Below are positions 18,742 to 27,405 of a DNA stretch of 55,857 nt, one piece after another (position 1 is the first letter of the stretch; each line of letters begins with the position of its first letter). The position numbers and the translations under genes were made by a program. The DNA is from a virus (lineage: Duplodnaviria > Caudoviricetes): the IMG/VR virus record IMGVR_UViG_3300049491_001100, positions 1 to 55,857 of that record. One strand, 5' to 3'. The notes under the pieces are model-generated. The model was given only the letters and a program-made list of their open reading frames with translations, was not told the origin of the DNA and ran no database searches.

Positions 18742-18811
18742 CCGACCGGCCCAGCGCGCATAGAGGGCAGTCCCTTTGGGAAAGTGGATGCGATCTCCAC
18801 CGGTCGGCCCA
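18742..18811 (+). ncRNA. tRNA-like element / degenerate tRNA with encoded CCA
   Basis: 7-bp acceptor CCGACCG/CGGTCGG + C + CCA; T-arm GTGGA-TGCGATC-TCCAC; D-like GCCC/GGGC; anticodon arm reduced to TCCC-TTT-GGGA. Confidence 0.6.
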
Positions 18812-18820
18812 TTCGCTATG
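18810..18820 (+). promoter_or_regulatory. phage motif CATTCGCTATG
   Basis: Upstream of primase; overlaps the CCA of the tRNA-like element. Confidence 0.75.
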
Positions 18821-18826
18821 TAGAAG

Positions 18827-19858
18827 GTGCAGATGTACCACTTCAAGGGAGCAGATCCAGCAGTACTACTCCAGATCTTGAAGGAGTCGCGCCTCAAGTA
18901 CGATCAGACCTCGGTCTCGTACGTCTTCACATGCCCCAGGTGTCAGGGCAAGAAGAAGCTCTATATCCGCAAGGCAGACGGCCGCTTCGTTTGCTGGAAG
19001 TGTAAGGAGACGGAGTCGTACCAGGGTCGGCCAGAGTTTGCCCTCGCCGATCTCCTCAGTCAGCCCGTCAAGCAGGTTCAGTCGCGTCTGTATGGCGGCG
19101 AGCACATTCCTGTCAGTCTCTACCTCGACGTCAAAGTCAAGGACTTCTTCGGCGATGATGACGACGTAGACGACGACGCCGTCGAGATCGCTACCACGTT
19201 CTGGCCCCTGGAGTACCTGCCCATCGATCACGTCCACGCCGCCCGTGGCGCCGAGTACCTGCACGGACGCGGGATCCCGCTCTGGATGGCGAAGAAGTAC
19301 GACATCCGCTACTGCCCACAGAAGCGCCGAGTTGTGTTTCCTGTTAACTCTGGCCCGGCGCTGTATGGTTGGCAGGAGCGTATCGTCATCCCGAACAAGT
19401 TCATCGACGAAGACGGGAACGAGCGAGAAATCCCCAAGATCCTGTCATCGACCGGGATCCCCAGGGACAGGACGGTCATGTTCGCGGACAGGCTGCAAGG
19501 CGTCGACCACGCCATCCTGTGCGAGGGCCCCGTCGATGCCTTGAAGGCCCACTTCTGCAAGGGGAACGTGGCCGCCATGGGCAAGGCCGTGTCCAGGGAG
19601 CAGGTGCGCTTGCTCGTCAACGCCGGCATCAAGAAGCTCTACCTCGCCCTCGACCCAGACGCCGCCGATGAAATCCAGCGCCTGGTACGGAACAACTACG
19701 ACGACTTCGAGATGTACGAGATGATCGCGCCAGCTAAGACCGGTCGCGACAAGTACGACTTGGGGGCGATGGAGTTTGCGGAAGTGGACGACCTCTTTCG
19801 TTCAGCCGCCCGGATCGGACCCGGGCGGCTATTCATCCACCTCAGCTACAAGTACTAG
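18827..19858 (+). CDS. DNA primase (Zn finger + TOPRIM)
   Basis: CPRC...CWKC, YLHGRGI, RVVFP, LCEGPVDAL, LALDPDA; start GTG 18827 or ATG 18833. Confidence 0.88.
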   Translation: MQMYHFKGADPAVLLQILKESRLKYDQTSVSYVFTCPRCQGKKKLYIRKADGRFVCWKCKETESYQGRPEFALADLLSQPVKQVQSRLYGGEHIPVSLYLDVKVKDFFGDDDDVDDDAVEIATTFWPLEYLPIDHVHAARGAEYLHGRGIPLWMAKKYDIRYCPQKRRVVFPVNSGPALYGWQERIVIPNKFIDEDGNEREIPKILSSTGIPRDRTVMFADRLQGVDHAILCEGPVDALKAHFCKGNVAAMGKAVSREQVRLLVNAGIKKLYLALDPDAADEIQRLVRNNYDDFEMYEMIAPAKTGRDKYDLGAMEFAEVDDLFRSAARIGPGRLFIHLSYKY

Positions 19859-21387
19859 AGCCCGATCGAGCGCTTCCAGTTGTTGAAGGTGCCGACGCGG
19901 TGCTTGGCCGTCGAGACCGACAGCTTCTGTCCCTTGTGGGCACCGGACTTGACCTCGAAGTTCTCCATCACGAACTTGAGCAGCTTGGCCGGCGACGCCT
20001 CGCCATCCTCGAAGTACCAGGAGAAGAGGCTGAGTTCGCTGGAGCCGAGGACAGCCGCCCGGAACACGGCCTTCTCCTCATCGGAGCCTGGAGTGGTCTG
20101 AGCCAACTCCTGTCCCGTGGCCGTGACCACACCACCACCGACGAACCCGAGCATAACCGCAGCCCGCTGGTAGTAGCGGACCTGACGCTGGTCGACGCCC
20201 ATGGCCTCGATGAGTTCGGCCACGGTCGTGAGTCCATTCTTCATACCCGTGACCACGGCCCGAACCAGGTCGAGCTGGGCCGCCTGCGGGATGATGGCGG
20301 CGTCGAAGAGAACGGTCTTGACTTCCTTGGGGGTGCAGATGTCACACCCCTCCTGGTGTGTGCGCAGGCGTCGGTTGGCCTCCTTGCGGGCGCTGAAGTC
20401 GACGTTGGCGTTGGTGGTGGTGCTGGTGAGGATGTCCACCATCCGATCGTGCGGCATCGACTCCAGGAGTTGTCCCAGCTTTTCCGATGCCGAGGCCTTG
20501 CGAGCTGCCTGCGACGACAGGTCCAACTGGCAGTTCCTGGCGATGTAGTCGTAGTCGATCTCCTCGATCTCGTCCTCATCTTCGTTGAGCCGATCCATCT
20601 TGGCGACCAGGATGGACTCGGGATTGGGCGAAGATTCCAGGTCGGCACCGGGGTCGCTGAAGAGAGCCACTGCCACGGCCTCTTCGTTGGGGAGGACTGA
20701 CCGCTCCTGCTTCAGGAGCAGGGGCTGGAGGTCGCAGTGGAACCGCTGCTGGAGATAGCGGTAGAGCTTGCGCTCGTTGTCGAAGTGGGTCGGATTCGCG
20801 GTCTCGTAGCGGGTGCAGAAGTTCACGATCCAGCAGCGGGCGTACTGGAAGAGGTCGTTGATGTCGAGGCCGTTCCGCTTGCAGAGGTGATCGTTGAGGC
20901 GGAAGAAGCCCCAGGCCACGCGCTCCATCGTGGGCTTGTACTGGGCCCAGACGTGTGCGGGCGGGTTCACGGAGCGGCGGAACTCGGTGTGACGGATGGC
21001 GACGTCGAAGGCGTTGTCCCGGTAGTGGAGCTTGCGCGGGTTGCCCTTGTCGTTGGCCTCGGGCTCGGCGCCCCGGCTGATGGGTTGGAGGCGTTCGTAG
21101 CCCGCTGCGTCCGTGACCTTCCAGAAGCCCTCCAGGGCCTCGGAGAGCTTCTTGCCGGTCAGGACACCGGCCAGCACCTGGACATCGCCTGCGGGGTCCT
21201 GGGCTGCATCCAGAGCCACCTGGACCTGCATCAGGGTTCCGTCTTCCTTGGTCACGACCAAGTCGCACCCAGCAGCCTTTGAGGGCTGAACATCGATCCC
21301 CACCGCCCGCAGCCACGACCGCAGCGTGTTCACGGCGGTGCTGTTGCGTCCCTGAGCCGTGAATGGAGCCTTCTTCGCGTTGGACAT
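19855..21387 (-). CDS. putative phage sigma-factor-like transcription regulator (sigma2-like + HxxxCxxC + C-terminal winged helix)
   Basis: Start reassigned to ATG 21387 (GAGGAGG RBS; 510 aa); YKPTMERVAWGF...GLDINDLFQYA...TRYE resembles sigma region 2; HQEGCDIC; IPQA...RQVRYY..AA.MLGF...STAKHRVGTF..W resembles a DUF7226-type wHTH. Confidence 0.5.
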   Translation of the reverse strand: MSNAKKAPFTAQGRNSTAVNTLRSWLRAVGIDVQPSKAAGCDLVVTKEDGTLMQVQVALDAAQDPAGDVQVLAGVLTGKKLSEALEGFWKVTDAAGYERLQPISRGAEPEANDKGNPRKLHYRDNAFDVAIRHTEFRRSVNPPAHVWAQYKPTMERVAWGFFRLNDHLCKRNGLDINDLFQYARCWIVNFCTRYETANPTHFDNERKLYRYLQQRFHCDLQPLLLKQERSVLPNEEAVAVALFSDPGADLESSPNPESILVAKMDRLNEDEDEIEEIDYDYIARNCQLDLSSQAARKASASEKLGQLLESMPHDRMVDILTSTTTNANVDFSARKEANRRLRTHQEGCDICTPKEVKTVLFDAAIIPQAAQLDLVRAVVTGMKNGLTTVAELIEAMGVDQRQVRYYQRAAVMLGFVGGGVVTATGQELAQTTPGSDEEKAVFRAAVLGSSELSLFSWYFEDGEASPAKLLKFVMENFEVKSGAHKGQKLSVSTAKHRVGTFNNWKRSIGL

Positions 21388-21414
21388 GAATCCTCCTCGA
21401 TCCGGTGTGGATCC

Positions 21415-21425
21415 TATAGCGAATC
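21415..21425 (-). promoter_or_regulatory. phage motif GATTCGCTATA (minus strand)
   Basis: Only minus-strand copy seen; upstream of the sigma-like gene RBS. Confidence 0.8.
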
Positions 21426-21466
21426 TACAACAGCTTTCTGGAGCATATTTTGCCCCAGCAAGAGCC

Positions 21467-21495
21467 AGCGTACGCGAGATCGCTCGACCTGTCAA
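21467..21495 (-). promoter_or_regulatory. sigma70-type promoter for the sigma-like gene
   Basis: TTGACA-17 nt-TACGCT on the minus strand. Confidence 0.75.
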
Positions 21496-21545
21496 CAGGA
21501 TATGGCCATTCACGTACTTTCAGACACTTAGCTACAACAGTCGGA

Positions 21546-21556
21546 GATTCGCTATA
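21546..21556 (+). promoter_or_regulatory. phage motif GATTCGCTATA
   Basis: Upstream of the clpP-like gene. Confidence 0.8.
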
Positions 21557-21576
21557 TCCCGACGAGGACTTACTGC

Positions 21577-22188
21577 ATGACCATGCCGACCCCGGAACAG
21601 AATGTCATCAACAAGGTCGAGTCCTGCGTCTCCTTCGAGAAGCGGACGCTGTACGTTATGGGAGACGTCGACGACGATCTCGCCTACCAGGTCCAGGTGG
21701 CACTTGAGGCCCTGGACTCAACGGATGGCGACATCCGCATTGTCCTCAACAGCGAGGGCGGGGAAGAGCAGCCCGGGTACGCCATCTACGACGCCATCAC
21801 CATGTGCCGCAACAAGGTGATCATCGAAGCCTATGGCAGTGTCATGTCCATTGCCGCCGCCATCTTCCAGGCCGCTGATGTGAGGCGCATCTCCCCCAAC
21901 GCCGTCTTCATGATCCACAACGGCAGCGTCGATACCGAGGGCAACGTCCAGCAGGATGCCGTCCTGGACCTGGCGGAACAGATCAAGAAGGGCGCCCAGC
22001 GCTACTACGACATCCTCATGCGCGGCTCCGGCCAACCCCAAGACCTCATCGAGCAATGGTGTCGCGATGAGACCTTCTTCAGCGCTGATGAAACTGTGTC
22101 GGCGTGCTTTGCCGACGAAGTCATCAAGCCGGTCAAGGTCAAGGCACCGGTCAAGCTCAAGAAAAGAAAGAGAAAGGCTAACTCATGA
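21577..22188 (+). CDS. clpP: ClpP-like protease subunit
   Basis: NSEGG, AIYDAI, MSIAAAIF (catalytic Ser), FMIHN (His), ETFFSADE. Confidence 0.88.
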   Translation: MTMPTPEQNVINKVESCVSFEKRTLYVMGDVDDDLAYQVQVALEALDSTDGDIRIVLNSEGGEEQPGYAIYDAITMCRNKVIIEAYGSVMSIAAAIFQAADVRRISPNAVFMIHNGSVDTEGNVQQDAVLDLAEQIKKGAQRYYDILMRGSGQPQDLIEQWCRDETFFSADETVSACFADEVIKPVKVKAPVKLKKRKRKANS

Positions 22189-22823
22189 ACCCGTTCAAGA
22201 ACCTCGGCCCTAAGGCTCAGCAGTTGCTGGGCGACAACAAGCACTGGCTCTCACTCATCCTCATCGCTGTCGCCCTCTTCGGTGGCGGTATGGCAGTCGG
22301 CCGCTACACGCTCCCGGCCAAGGTCGTGACCACGGAGAAGGTCCACGAGGTCGTCAAGGATCGCATCGTAGAAGTGGTCAAGACCGAGGTCCGAGTCGTC
22401 GAGGTCAAGATCCACGACTCCAAGCAGGCAGAGAAGGTCCACCGCGTGACCGTGGAAGGGATCGATCCACCCGGCTGCAAGAGCAAGACCGTCACCGAGG
22501 ACATCAACATCGACACCGTCGTCCACGACAACACCAACACCAACTCGACCGAGATCAAGTACGTGGATCGCGTCGTCGAGAAGTGGCAGGATCGCATCGT
22601 GGAAAAGACCAAGACCGTGCTCAACCAGCCCAACTGGCGCGTGGCAGCAGGGGCTGGCGTGGCCATCCCCTACTTCCTAGGTCAGGGCAGCCCAGGCGTC
22701 CCCGGGCTCCAGGGCGCTGTCATCAACGTCGAAGCCGACCGCCGGATCATCGGCCCCTTCTGGCTCGGCATCCACGGCAACACCCAGGGCGTGGTCGGCC
22801 TCAACCTGTCGGGTGTGTTCTGA
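22185..22823 (+). CDS. membrane-anchored hypothetical protein
   Basis: N-terminal TM helix, V/E/K-rich repeats, beta-rich C-terminus ending in F. Confidence 0.7.
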   Translation: MNPFKNLGPKAQQLLGDNKHWLSLILIAVALFGGGMAVGRYTLPAKVVTTEKVHEVVKDRIVEVVKTEVRVVEVKIHDSKQAEKVHRVTVEGIDPPGCKSKTVTEDINIDTVVHDNTNTNSTEIKYVDRVVEKWQDRIVEKTKTVLNQPNWRVAAGAGVAIPYFLGQGSPGVPGLQGAVINVEADRRIIGPFWLGIHGNTQGVVGLNLSGVF

Positions 22824-23095
22824 TGGTCAAGCTCAAGAACTGGGCCGTCGTCGATCGTGGTGGCGGTCTGCCATGCCTCAAGGGTGAGGTCTACGGACAC
22901 CCCAAGCACGACGACGGCATAGAGATCGTGACCAGCCCCATCGTCAGCACCAGCGGTCGCGTCGTCACCACCAGCAATCGCGAGTACGAGCTGGACGGGC
23001 CGCCGGAACCGGGGTACATTGCGTACATGTCCAGCATCGGCCACGTCCTCGACGAAGCCCAACCAGTCAAGATCATCAACCCCAACGTGAACTGA
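22823..23095 (+). CDS. phage hypothetical protein
   Basis: TGATG coupling; LKNW...L.GEVYGHPK..DG..I.TSPI..YEL. Confidence 0.7.
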   Translation: MVKLKNWAVVDRGGGLPCLKGEVYGHPKHDDGIEIVTSPIVSTSGRVVTTSNREYELDGPPEPGYIAYMSSIGHVLDEAQPVKIINPNVN

Positions 23096-24078
23096 TGAAC
23101 GACCTCCAGATGGCGCGTGGTGCAGTGGAAGGCGGCTACAACCTAGCCGTTGGCGAGCCCGTTGTCTTGCAACAGGCCCTGTCGCTGCCACACGCCCACG
23201 TCCTGGGGCCGTTCGAGTACCCAACCATCGACGGCGACCCCAGACTCAGGGCTGAGCTGGAGGCGTTGCACCCCGGCCACCACATCGTCATCACCAACGG
23301 CGCCAAGCAGGCTCTGGCAGCCGCCTTCTACGCCTACCGCGAAGTCGAGGGCGCAAGCATCGTCCAACACAACCCACCCTACTGGCCCAGCTACCCAACC
23401 CTCGCCAACATGGCCAGGATGACATTTGGCGATAGCGACTGGAAGGAGAAGGTCCGGTGCATCACGGCCCCCAACAACCCCGATGGTTCCGAGCTGTCGC
23501 CGTCGTACATCGGCAATCCATTCCAGATCTGGGACTCGGTGTATGCGCACTGGGTTTGGGGTTGGAACGGGAAGGAGCCACCGCACGAGGTCAGAGTGTG
23601 CTCGGCGTCCAAGATCTTGGGCTTGTCCGGGGTCAGGGTGGGCTGGCTCGCCACCAAGAACAAGCGCCTGGCTGACGCTGCTGCACGTTTTGTTGAGTTC
23701 ACGACGTCCGGGGTCGGGCTCCTGGCCCAGCGCTACGTCGCCGACATCATGGAGCTGCTGGCCAGGGTCGACTCCACCGGCGCCTATCGCCAGGCTCGCA
23801 CGTCCCTGCTCACCAACAGTGGCCGCTTCAACTACTACATCTACGACATGTGCCAAGTCGTCGAAGGCGTGCCAGCCCACGGCACCGGCATGTTCGCCTT
23901 CTTCCAGATCTCCCCACCCCTGCGCGACCGCTTCCGGGATGCGCTGGTCAAGGCCAAGGTGGCACTGGTTACCGGCGCCGCCTGCGGCGTCAGGGAGCCG
24001 GACTGGTACCGCATGAATCTCGCTCACGACAACCAGTACACCGAGGAAGCGCTGAAGGCGCTGAGGGAGGCCCTGTGA
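23095..24078 (+). CDS. PLP-dependent class I/II aminotransferase (AspC-like)
   Basis: NLAVGEP, TNGAKQAL, PYWPSY, PNNPDG, DSVY, SASKILGLSGVRVGW (PLP lysine), YRMN. Confidence 0.88.
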   Translation: MNDLQMARGAVEGGYNLAVGEPVVLQQALSLPHAHVLGPFEYPTIDGDPRLRAELEALHPGHHIVITNGAKQALAAAFYAYREVEGASIVQHNPPYWPSYPTLANMARMTFGDSDWKEKVRCITAPNNPDGSELSPSYIGNPFQIWDSVYAHWVWGWNGKEPPHEVRVCSASKILGLSGVRVGWLATKNKRLADAAARFVEFTTSGVGLLAQRYVADIMELLARVDSTGAYRQARTSLLTNSGRFNYYIYDMCQVVEGVPAHGTGMFAFFQISPPLRDRFRDALVKAKVALVTGAACGVREPDWYRMNLAHDNQYTEEALKALREAL

Positions 24079-24674
24079 TCAGTCAACACGATGAGATCGA
24101 AGCCAAGATGTCAGCAGACGGCGTCGCCGTTGCCGACTTCAAGGCGTACATGAATAAGGAGTTCGACGTCGTCCGGTACGAGTTTGTACAGGGCCCCGAC
24201 CGCTACTACGAGAGCGGCCCCAATGTGGTCCGGCACCGAATCAAGCACAACGTCAAGGGCCACGAGCTGACGGTGAAGCGGCGCAAAAGCACCGGCTCTA
24301 CCCGCGACCGGCAGGAGATCGACCTCCACTTCAGCAAGAAGACCGAAGCCCGCGACGTCGAGGTCTTTCTGTCCGCGACCGGCTTCGTCAAGGTCTTCAG
24401 CCTGTGGAAGAAGGCTCACATCTTCTGGGTGCAGCTCACGCCGCGCCTGGAAGCCACTTTCGTCATCTACGACGTCGAGATCGAGGGCGATCCGACGTCG
24501 AGCAAGCGTTTTATCGAGATCGAGGCCGAGAAGGGAAGCGCCGTCACGCCCGAGACCGCCAAGCGCCACGTCAACGCCTGTGTCGCTGACCTGCGACGCA
24601 GCTTCAACCTGGCCGAGGCCCTGAACGACAGCCTCTACGAGATCTACTCGGGGAAGCGCTACCAGACCGTCTGA
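24075..24674 (+). CDS. CYTH (triphosphate tunnel) domain protein
   Basis: EIEAK motif, DRYY, R.R, LTVK, RQEI, FIEIE. Confidence 0.8.
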   Translation: MISQHDEIEAKMSADGVAVADFKAYMNKEFDVVRYEFVQGPDRYYESGPNVVRHRIKHNVKGHELTVKRRKSTGSTRDRQEIDLHFSKKTEARDVEVFLSATGFVKVFSLWKKAHIFWVQLTPRLEATFVIYDVEIEGDPTSSKRFIEIEAEKGSAVTPETAKRHVNACVADLRRSFNLAEALNDSLYEIYSGKRYQTV

Positions 24675-24683
24675 TTCGCTATT
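24673..24683 (+). promoter_or_regulatory. phage motif GATTCGCTATT
   Basis: Fused to TGA of the CYTH gene. Confidence 0.75.
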
Positions 24684-24722
24684 AGGTTGGTTGAGCCCAA
24701 CACCCCTCACGGAGACCGAGCA

Positions 24723-24899
24723 ATGATCTTGAAGAGCGCACTGAAGTCCACCATCGATGAGGTTTTGGAGGAGCACGAGGTCGAGGATGACGGACTCGCA
24801 TCCGACCTCCTGGATCGGCTCGTACAGGACTTCGGCGACGAGGTCCACGACGATGACGACGATCCCGGGTTCCTCGGGGGTGACAGCGTCGAGGAATAG
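24723..24899 (+). CDS. small acidic protein
   Basis: GGAG RBS then ATG; highly D/E-rich. Confidence 0.55.
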   Translation: MILKSALKSTIDEVLEEHEVEDDGLASDLLDRLVQDFGDEVHDDDDDPGFLGGDSVEE

Positions 24900-25483
24900 T
24901 GGGCAGCTTCGATCTAAAGACGGAAGCTCTGTGCTGGCTTCGCTTCGGCAAGAAACTGGAGCTGGTTTGCACTGAAGGTGGTTGTTGGGCCGCTGACGTT
25001 CTTGGCATATCCGACAAGTTCTCTGTCGAGGTAGAGGTCAAGGTCAGCAAAGCTGACCTTCGGCGCGAGTTCTCGACGAAGAGAAGCAAGCACTACCTGT
25101 ACAACAACGTGGCAGCAGAAGCAGCGCCGCCACGACAGGTACCCAACTACTTTTACTTCTACGTCCCTCCCGAGCTAGAACAGGAGGCGCTGAAGCTGAT
25201 CGAGGAGCACTCGCCCAAGGCAGGGCTTGCCGTCTTCGATCCCGAAGCGAAGGTAGACGGCAAGAGGACTCGGGTCGTGAGGAAGCCGACGCGGCTTCAC
25301 GACAAGGAACCGAGTCAGCAGTTCAAGCGTACCGTGCTTCTCCGAATGGGTTCAGAGCTGTGCGGGCGCTACGTGGTCTGGAGGGACCACATCGACAAGG
25401 TTCACGAGGCCCTGATCCATCTGGATCAGACAATCGTGGACACGGTGAAGAAGGCGTTCGAGACACCAGACGCCGAGGAGTGA
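24899..25483 (+). CDS. PD-(D/E)XK nuclease, MmcB-like
   Basis: ADVL...EVEVKVSKADL..E..K; PNYFYFYVP; AGL. Confidence 0.7.
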   Translation: MGSFDLKTEALCWLRFGKKLELVCTEGGCWAADVLGISDKFSVEVEVKVSKADLRREFSTKRSKHYLYNNVAAEAAPPRQVPNYFYFYVPPELEQEALKLIEEHSPKAGLAVFDPEAKVDGKRTRVVRKPTRLHDKEPSQQFKRTVLLRMGSELCGRYVVWRDHIDKVHEALIHLDQTIVDTVKKAFETPDAEE

Positions 25484-25486
25484 CAC

Positions 25487-25741
25487 ATGATCGAAAAGAC
25501 AGTCAGACGATCGCAGGTTGGACCTGGCAGGGTTCGCTACCGCGTCGTCATCACGGGGGAGCCGTGTACCCCAAAGACTCATGAATCCAGGCAGCACCAG
25601 TACTTGTTCCTGCACTGGATCGCTGACAATCAGCACATGCTGGAGTGTGGGTATAACGTCCCCGACAAGGTCAGCGTCACCCACAACGGCACATCGTGGC
25701 AGGCTGAAGCAGAGGCAGAGGTTGACGAGGAGACAGCATAG
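25487..25741 (+). CDS. hypothetical protein
   Basis: GAGGAG RBS, tightly packed. Confidence 0.65.
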   Translation: MIEKTVRRSQVGPGRVRYRVVITGEPCTPKTHESRQHQYLFLHWIADNQHMLECGYNVPDKVSVTHNGTSWQAEAEAEVDEETA

Positions 25742-25743
25742 CC

Positions 25744-26043
25744 ATGAGCAATCGCCGAGTGACCCAACACCGGCAGCAACGAGACACCAGCAACCAGGAG
25801 AACGCGGAACTCAAAAAGGAAAACACAAAACTCAAGCGTCAGGTGGCTCGACTTAGGAAGGAGCTGGAGAAGCAGCCAGCAGAAGACGACACCGACGAAG
25901 GGGAGCCAAACCAGGAGGAGGGCAAGATCTCGCTGGCCTGCCCCAAGTGCTCTAGCACGAACCTGGGCGAGATCTCGACGCCGAACGGTAAGACGGTTTT
26001 GTCATGCCGCAACTGCAAGAAGTGGAGGTCAAAAGCGGCCTGA
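25744..26043 (+). CDS. coiled-coil + Zn-ribbon protein
   Basis: CPKC...CRNC; RBS GAGGAG. Confidence 0.7.
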   Translation: MSNRRVTQHRQQRDTSNQENAELKKENTKLKRQVARLRKELEKQPAEDDTDEGEPNQEEGKISLACPKCSSTNLGEISTPNGKTVLSCRNCKKWRSKAA

Positions 26044-26052
26044 TTTGCTATA
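26042..26052 (+). promoter_or_regulatory. variant motif GATTTGCTATA
   Basis: Fused to TGA; 8 nt to GTG. Confidence 0.65.
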
Positions 26053-26059
26053 AAGAATA

Positions 26060-26203
26060 GTGAGTCCTCGTGTGTGCGCAGTTATCGCGGTGTGGAGACC
26101 TGCGCCTGAGGGCTCTTCATGGGACCAGATCAACCATGCCTGGCGCGTGCTCTTCGCCCTTATTGACGAAGCATTGCGACTAGACAGACTGGAGCGATCA
26201 TGA
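26060..26203 (+). CDS. 47-aa ORF not in the supplied track
   Basis: GTG 8 nt after variant motif TTTGCTAT; MSPRVCAVIAVWRP...DRLERS*; ATGA overlap with the next gene. Confidence 0.55.
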   Translation: MSPRVCAVIAVWRPAPEGSSWDQINHAWRVLFALIDEALRLDRLERS

Positions 26204-26409
26204 AGTGTCCGTCGTCTGATGACGGTTCCTGCCCCTCAACCGACCCCCTGGAGGTACACCACACCGACGAGTACTCCACCTACTACTGCCAGACCTGCGG
26301 CCACGAAGAGAAAATCGTTTGGGAGACGCCCAAGGACTCCCCCAAGAACAAGGAGCGGACACGTCTGGAGCCCAGCCCACCCAAGAAGAAGTTGAAGAGG
26401 GGAAAGTGA
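26200..26409 (+). CDS. small Zn-ribbon protein
   Basis: MKCP...C...YYCQTCG; GGAG RBS. Confidence 0.6.
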   Translation: MKCPSSDDGSCPSTDPLEVHHTDEYSTYYCQTCGHEEKIVWETPKDSPKNKERTRLEPSPPKKKLKRGK

Positions 26410-26726
26410 AGGATTTTCCAGGTACCTACGCCGTCGTCTTCCCGGAGCTGAAGCTGAAGCTGCCGGATGTCGACGACTTCATCGGGAAACCGCTGACGCC
26501 CAAGCTCGTAGCTCATGCCCGAGACGTGATCGCAGGCCTGCGTAAGGCGGCTGAGAACTACAACGAACACGAGCTGCTGCTGGTGGACGGGGTCTGGATC
26601 ACAAACTGGCTCAGGCGCAGCCTCGACTGCATGGAGCGGGCTCAGCGCATCGAGAAGTTGGTTGATGACAATCTGGCCCTGCTGCCAAGCCCACGCTGTC
26701 GGCACTGCGGCCACAGCCTCACCTGA
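26406..26726 (+). CDS. hypothetical protein
   Basis: GTGA overlap; C-terminal CRHC; stop fused to the promoter motif. Confidence 0.65.
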   Translation: MKDFPGTYAVVFPELKLKLPDVDDFIGKPLTPKLVAHARDVIAGLRKAAENYNEHELLLVDGVWITNWLRRSLDCMERAQRIEKLVDDNLALLPSPRCRHCGHSLT

Positions 26727-26735
26727 TTCGCTATA
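26725..26735 (+). promoter_or_regulatory. phage motif GATTCGCTATA
   Basis: Fused to TGA; 9 nt to ATG. Confidence 0.8.
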
Positions 26736-26743
26736 GGCAGGTC

Positions 26744-26953
26744 ATGGACGAGCCCGTCATCTGCAACGAGTGTCTTGCCGAACCCGGCGACGAAGGCTCC
26801 TCTCAGGAGGAGCTGGAGGGCGAGGGCTGGGACTTCGGCGGCGAGTTCGGGCCCCGATGCCCCGAATGCGTGGTCAAGAACGAAGCCCCGGCCCAGACCG
26901 AAGGCCTGGGTGGTGTTGTCGAAGCCCTCGGCGCAACCAAGAAGGAGCCCTAG
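26744..26953 (+). CDS. small Zn-binding protein
   Basis: CNEC...CPEC; ATG 9 nt after the motif. Confidence 0.6.
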   Translation: MDEPVICNECLAEPGDEGSSQEELEGEGWDFGGEFGPRCPECVVKNEAPAQTEGLGGVVEALGATKKEP

Positions 26954-27397
26954 ATGGCACCACCGTTCCCCACCGTTCCCGTCACCGTCGACATCCTCAT
27001 CGAGAACCTGGCCGGGGACCAGCTCGTGCTGATCCAGCGCCGAGATGAGCCGCCCGGCTACGCCATCCCCGGTGGCTTCGTCGAGCCCGGTGAGAGCGCG
27101 GCTCAGGCCGCCATCCGCGAGGCCAAGGAAGAGACCGGCCTCGACGTCGAGCTGATCGAGCAGTTCCACGCCTACTCAAAGTCGGGTCGTGATCCCCGGG
27201 GCCCAGTTTGCTCGATTGTGTTCATCGCCAAGGCCATCGGAACCCCACGGGGCGGCGACGACGCCAAGACGGCGGCCTGGTTCGACTTCAAGAGCGGGAT
27301 GCCGATGCCGATCGAGATGGCGTTTGATCACGCCAACATCCTCGCCGACTACAAGACCTACAAGGTGTGCGCGATCAAGCCGCACCCCCACAGATAG
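26954..27397 (+). CDS. Nudix hydrolase (ADP-ribose pyrophosphatase-like)
   Basis: PGGFVEPGESAAQAAIREAKEETGL Nudix box; RDPRG; GGDDA; AFDH. Confidence 0.92.
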   Translation: MAPPFPTVPVTVDILIENLAGDQLVLIQRRDEPPGYAIPGGFVEPGESAAQAAIREAKEETGLDVELIEQFHAYSKSGRDPRGPVCSIVFIAKAIGTPRGGDDAKTAAWFDFKSGMPMPIEMAFDHANILADYKTYKVCAIKPHPHR

Positions 27398-27405
27398 GAG
27401 CTGCT

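Noticed and set aside
18742-18811. Canonical functional tRNA-Lys
   Set aside because: No 5-bp stem/7-nt anticodon loop, no U8/U33, T-loop lacks TTC; reported as tRNA-like instead
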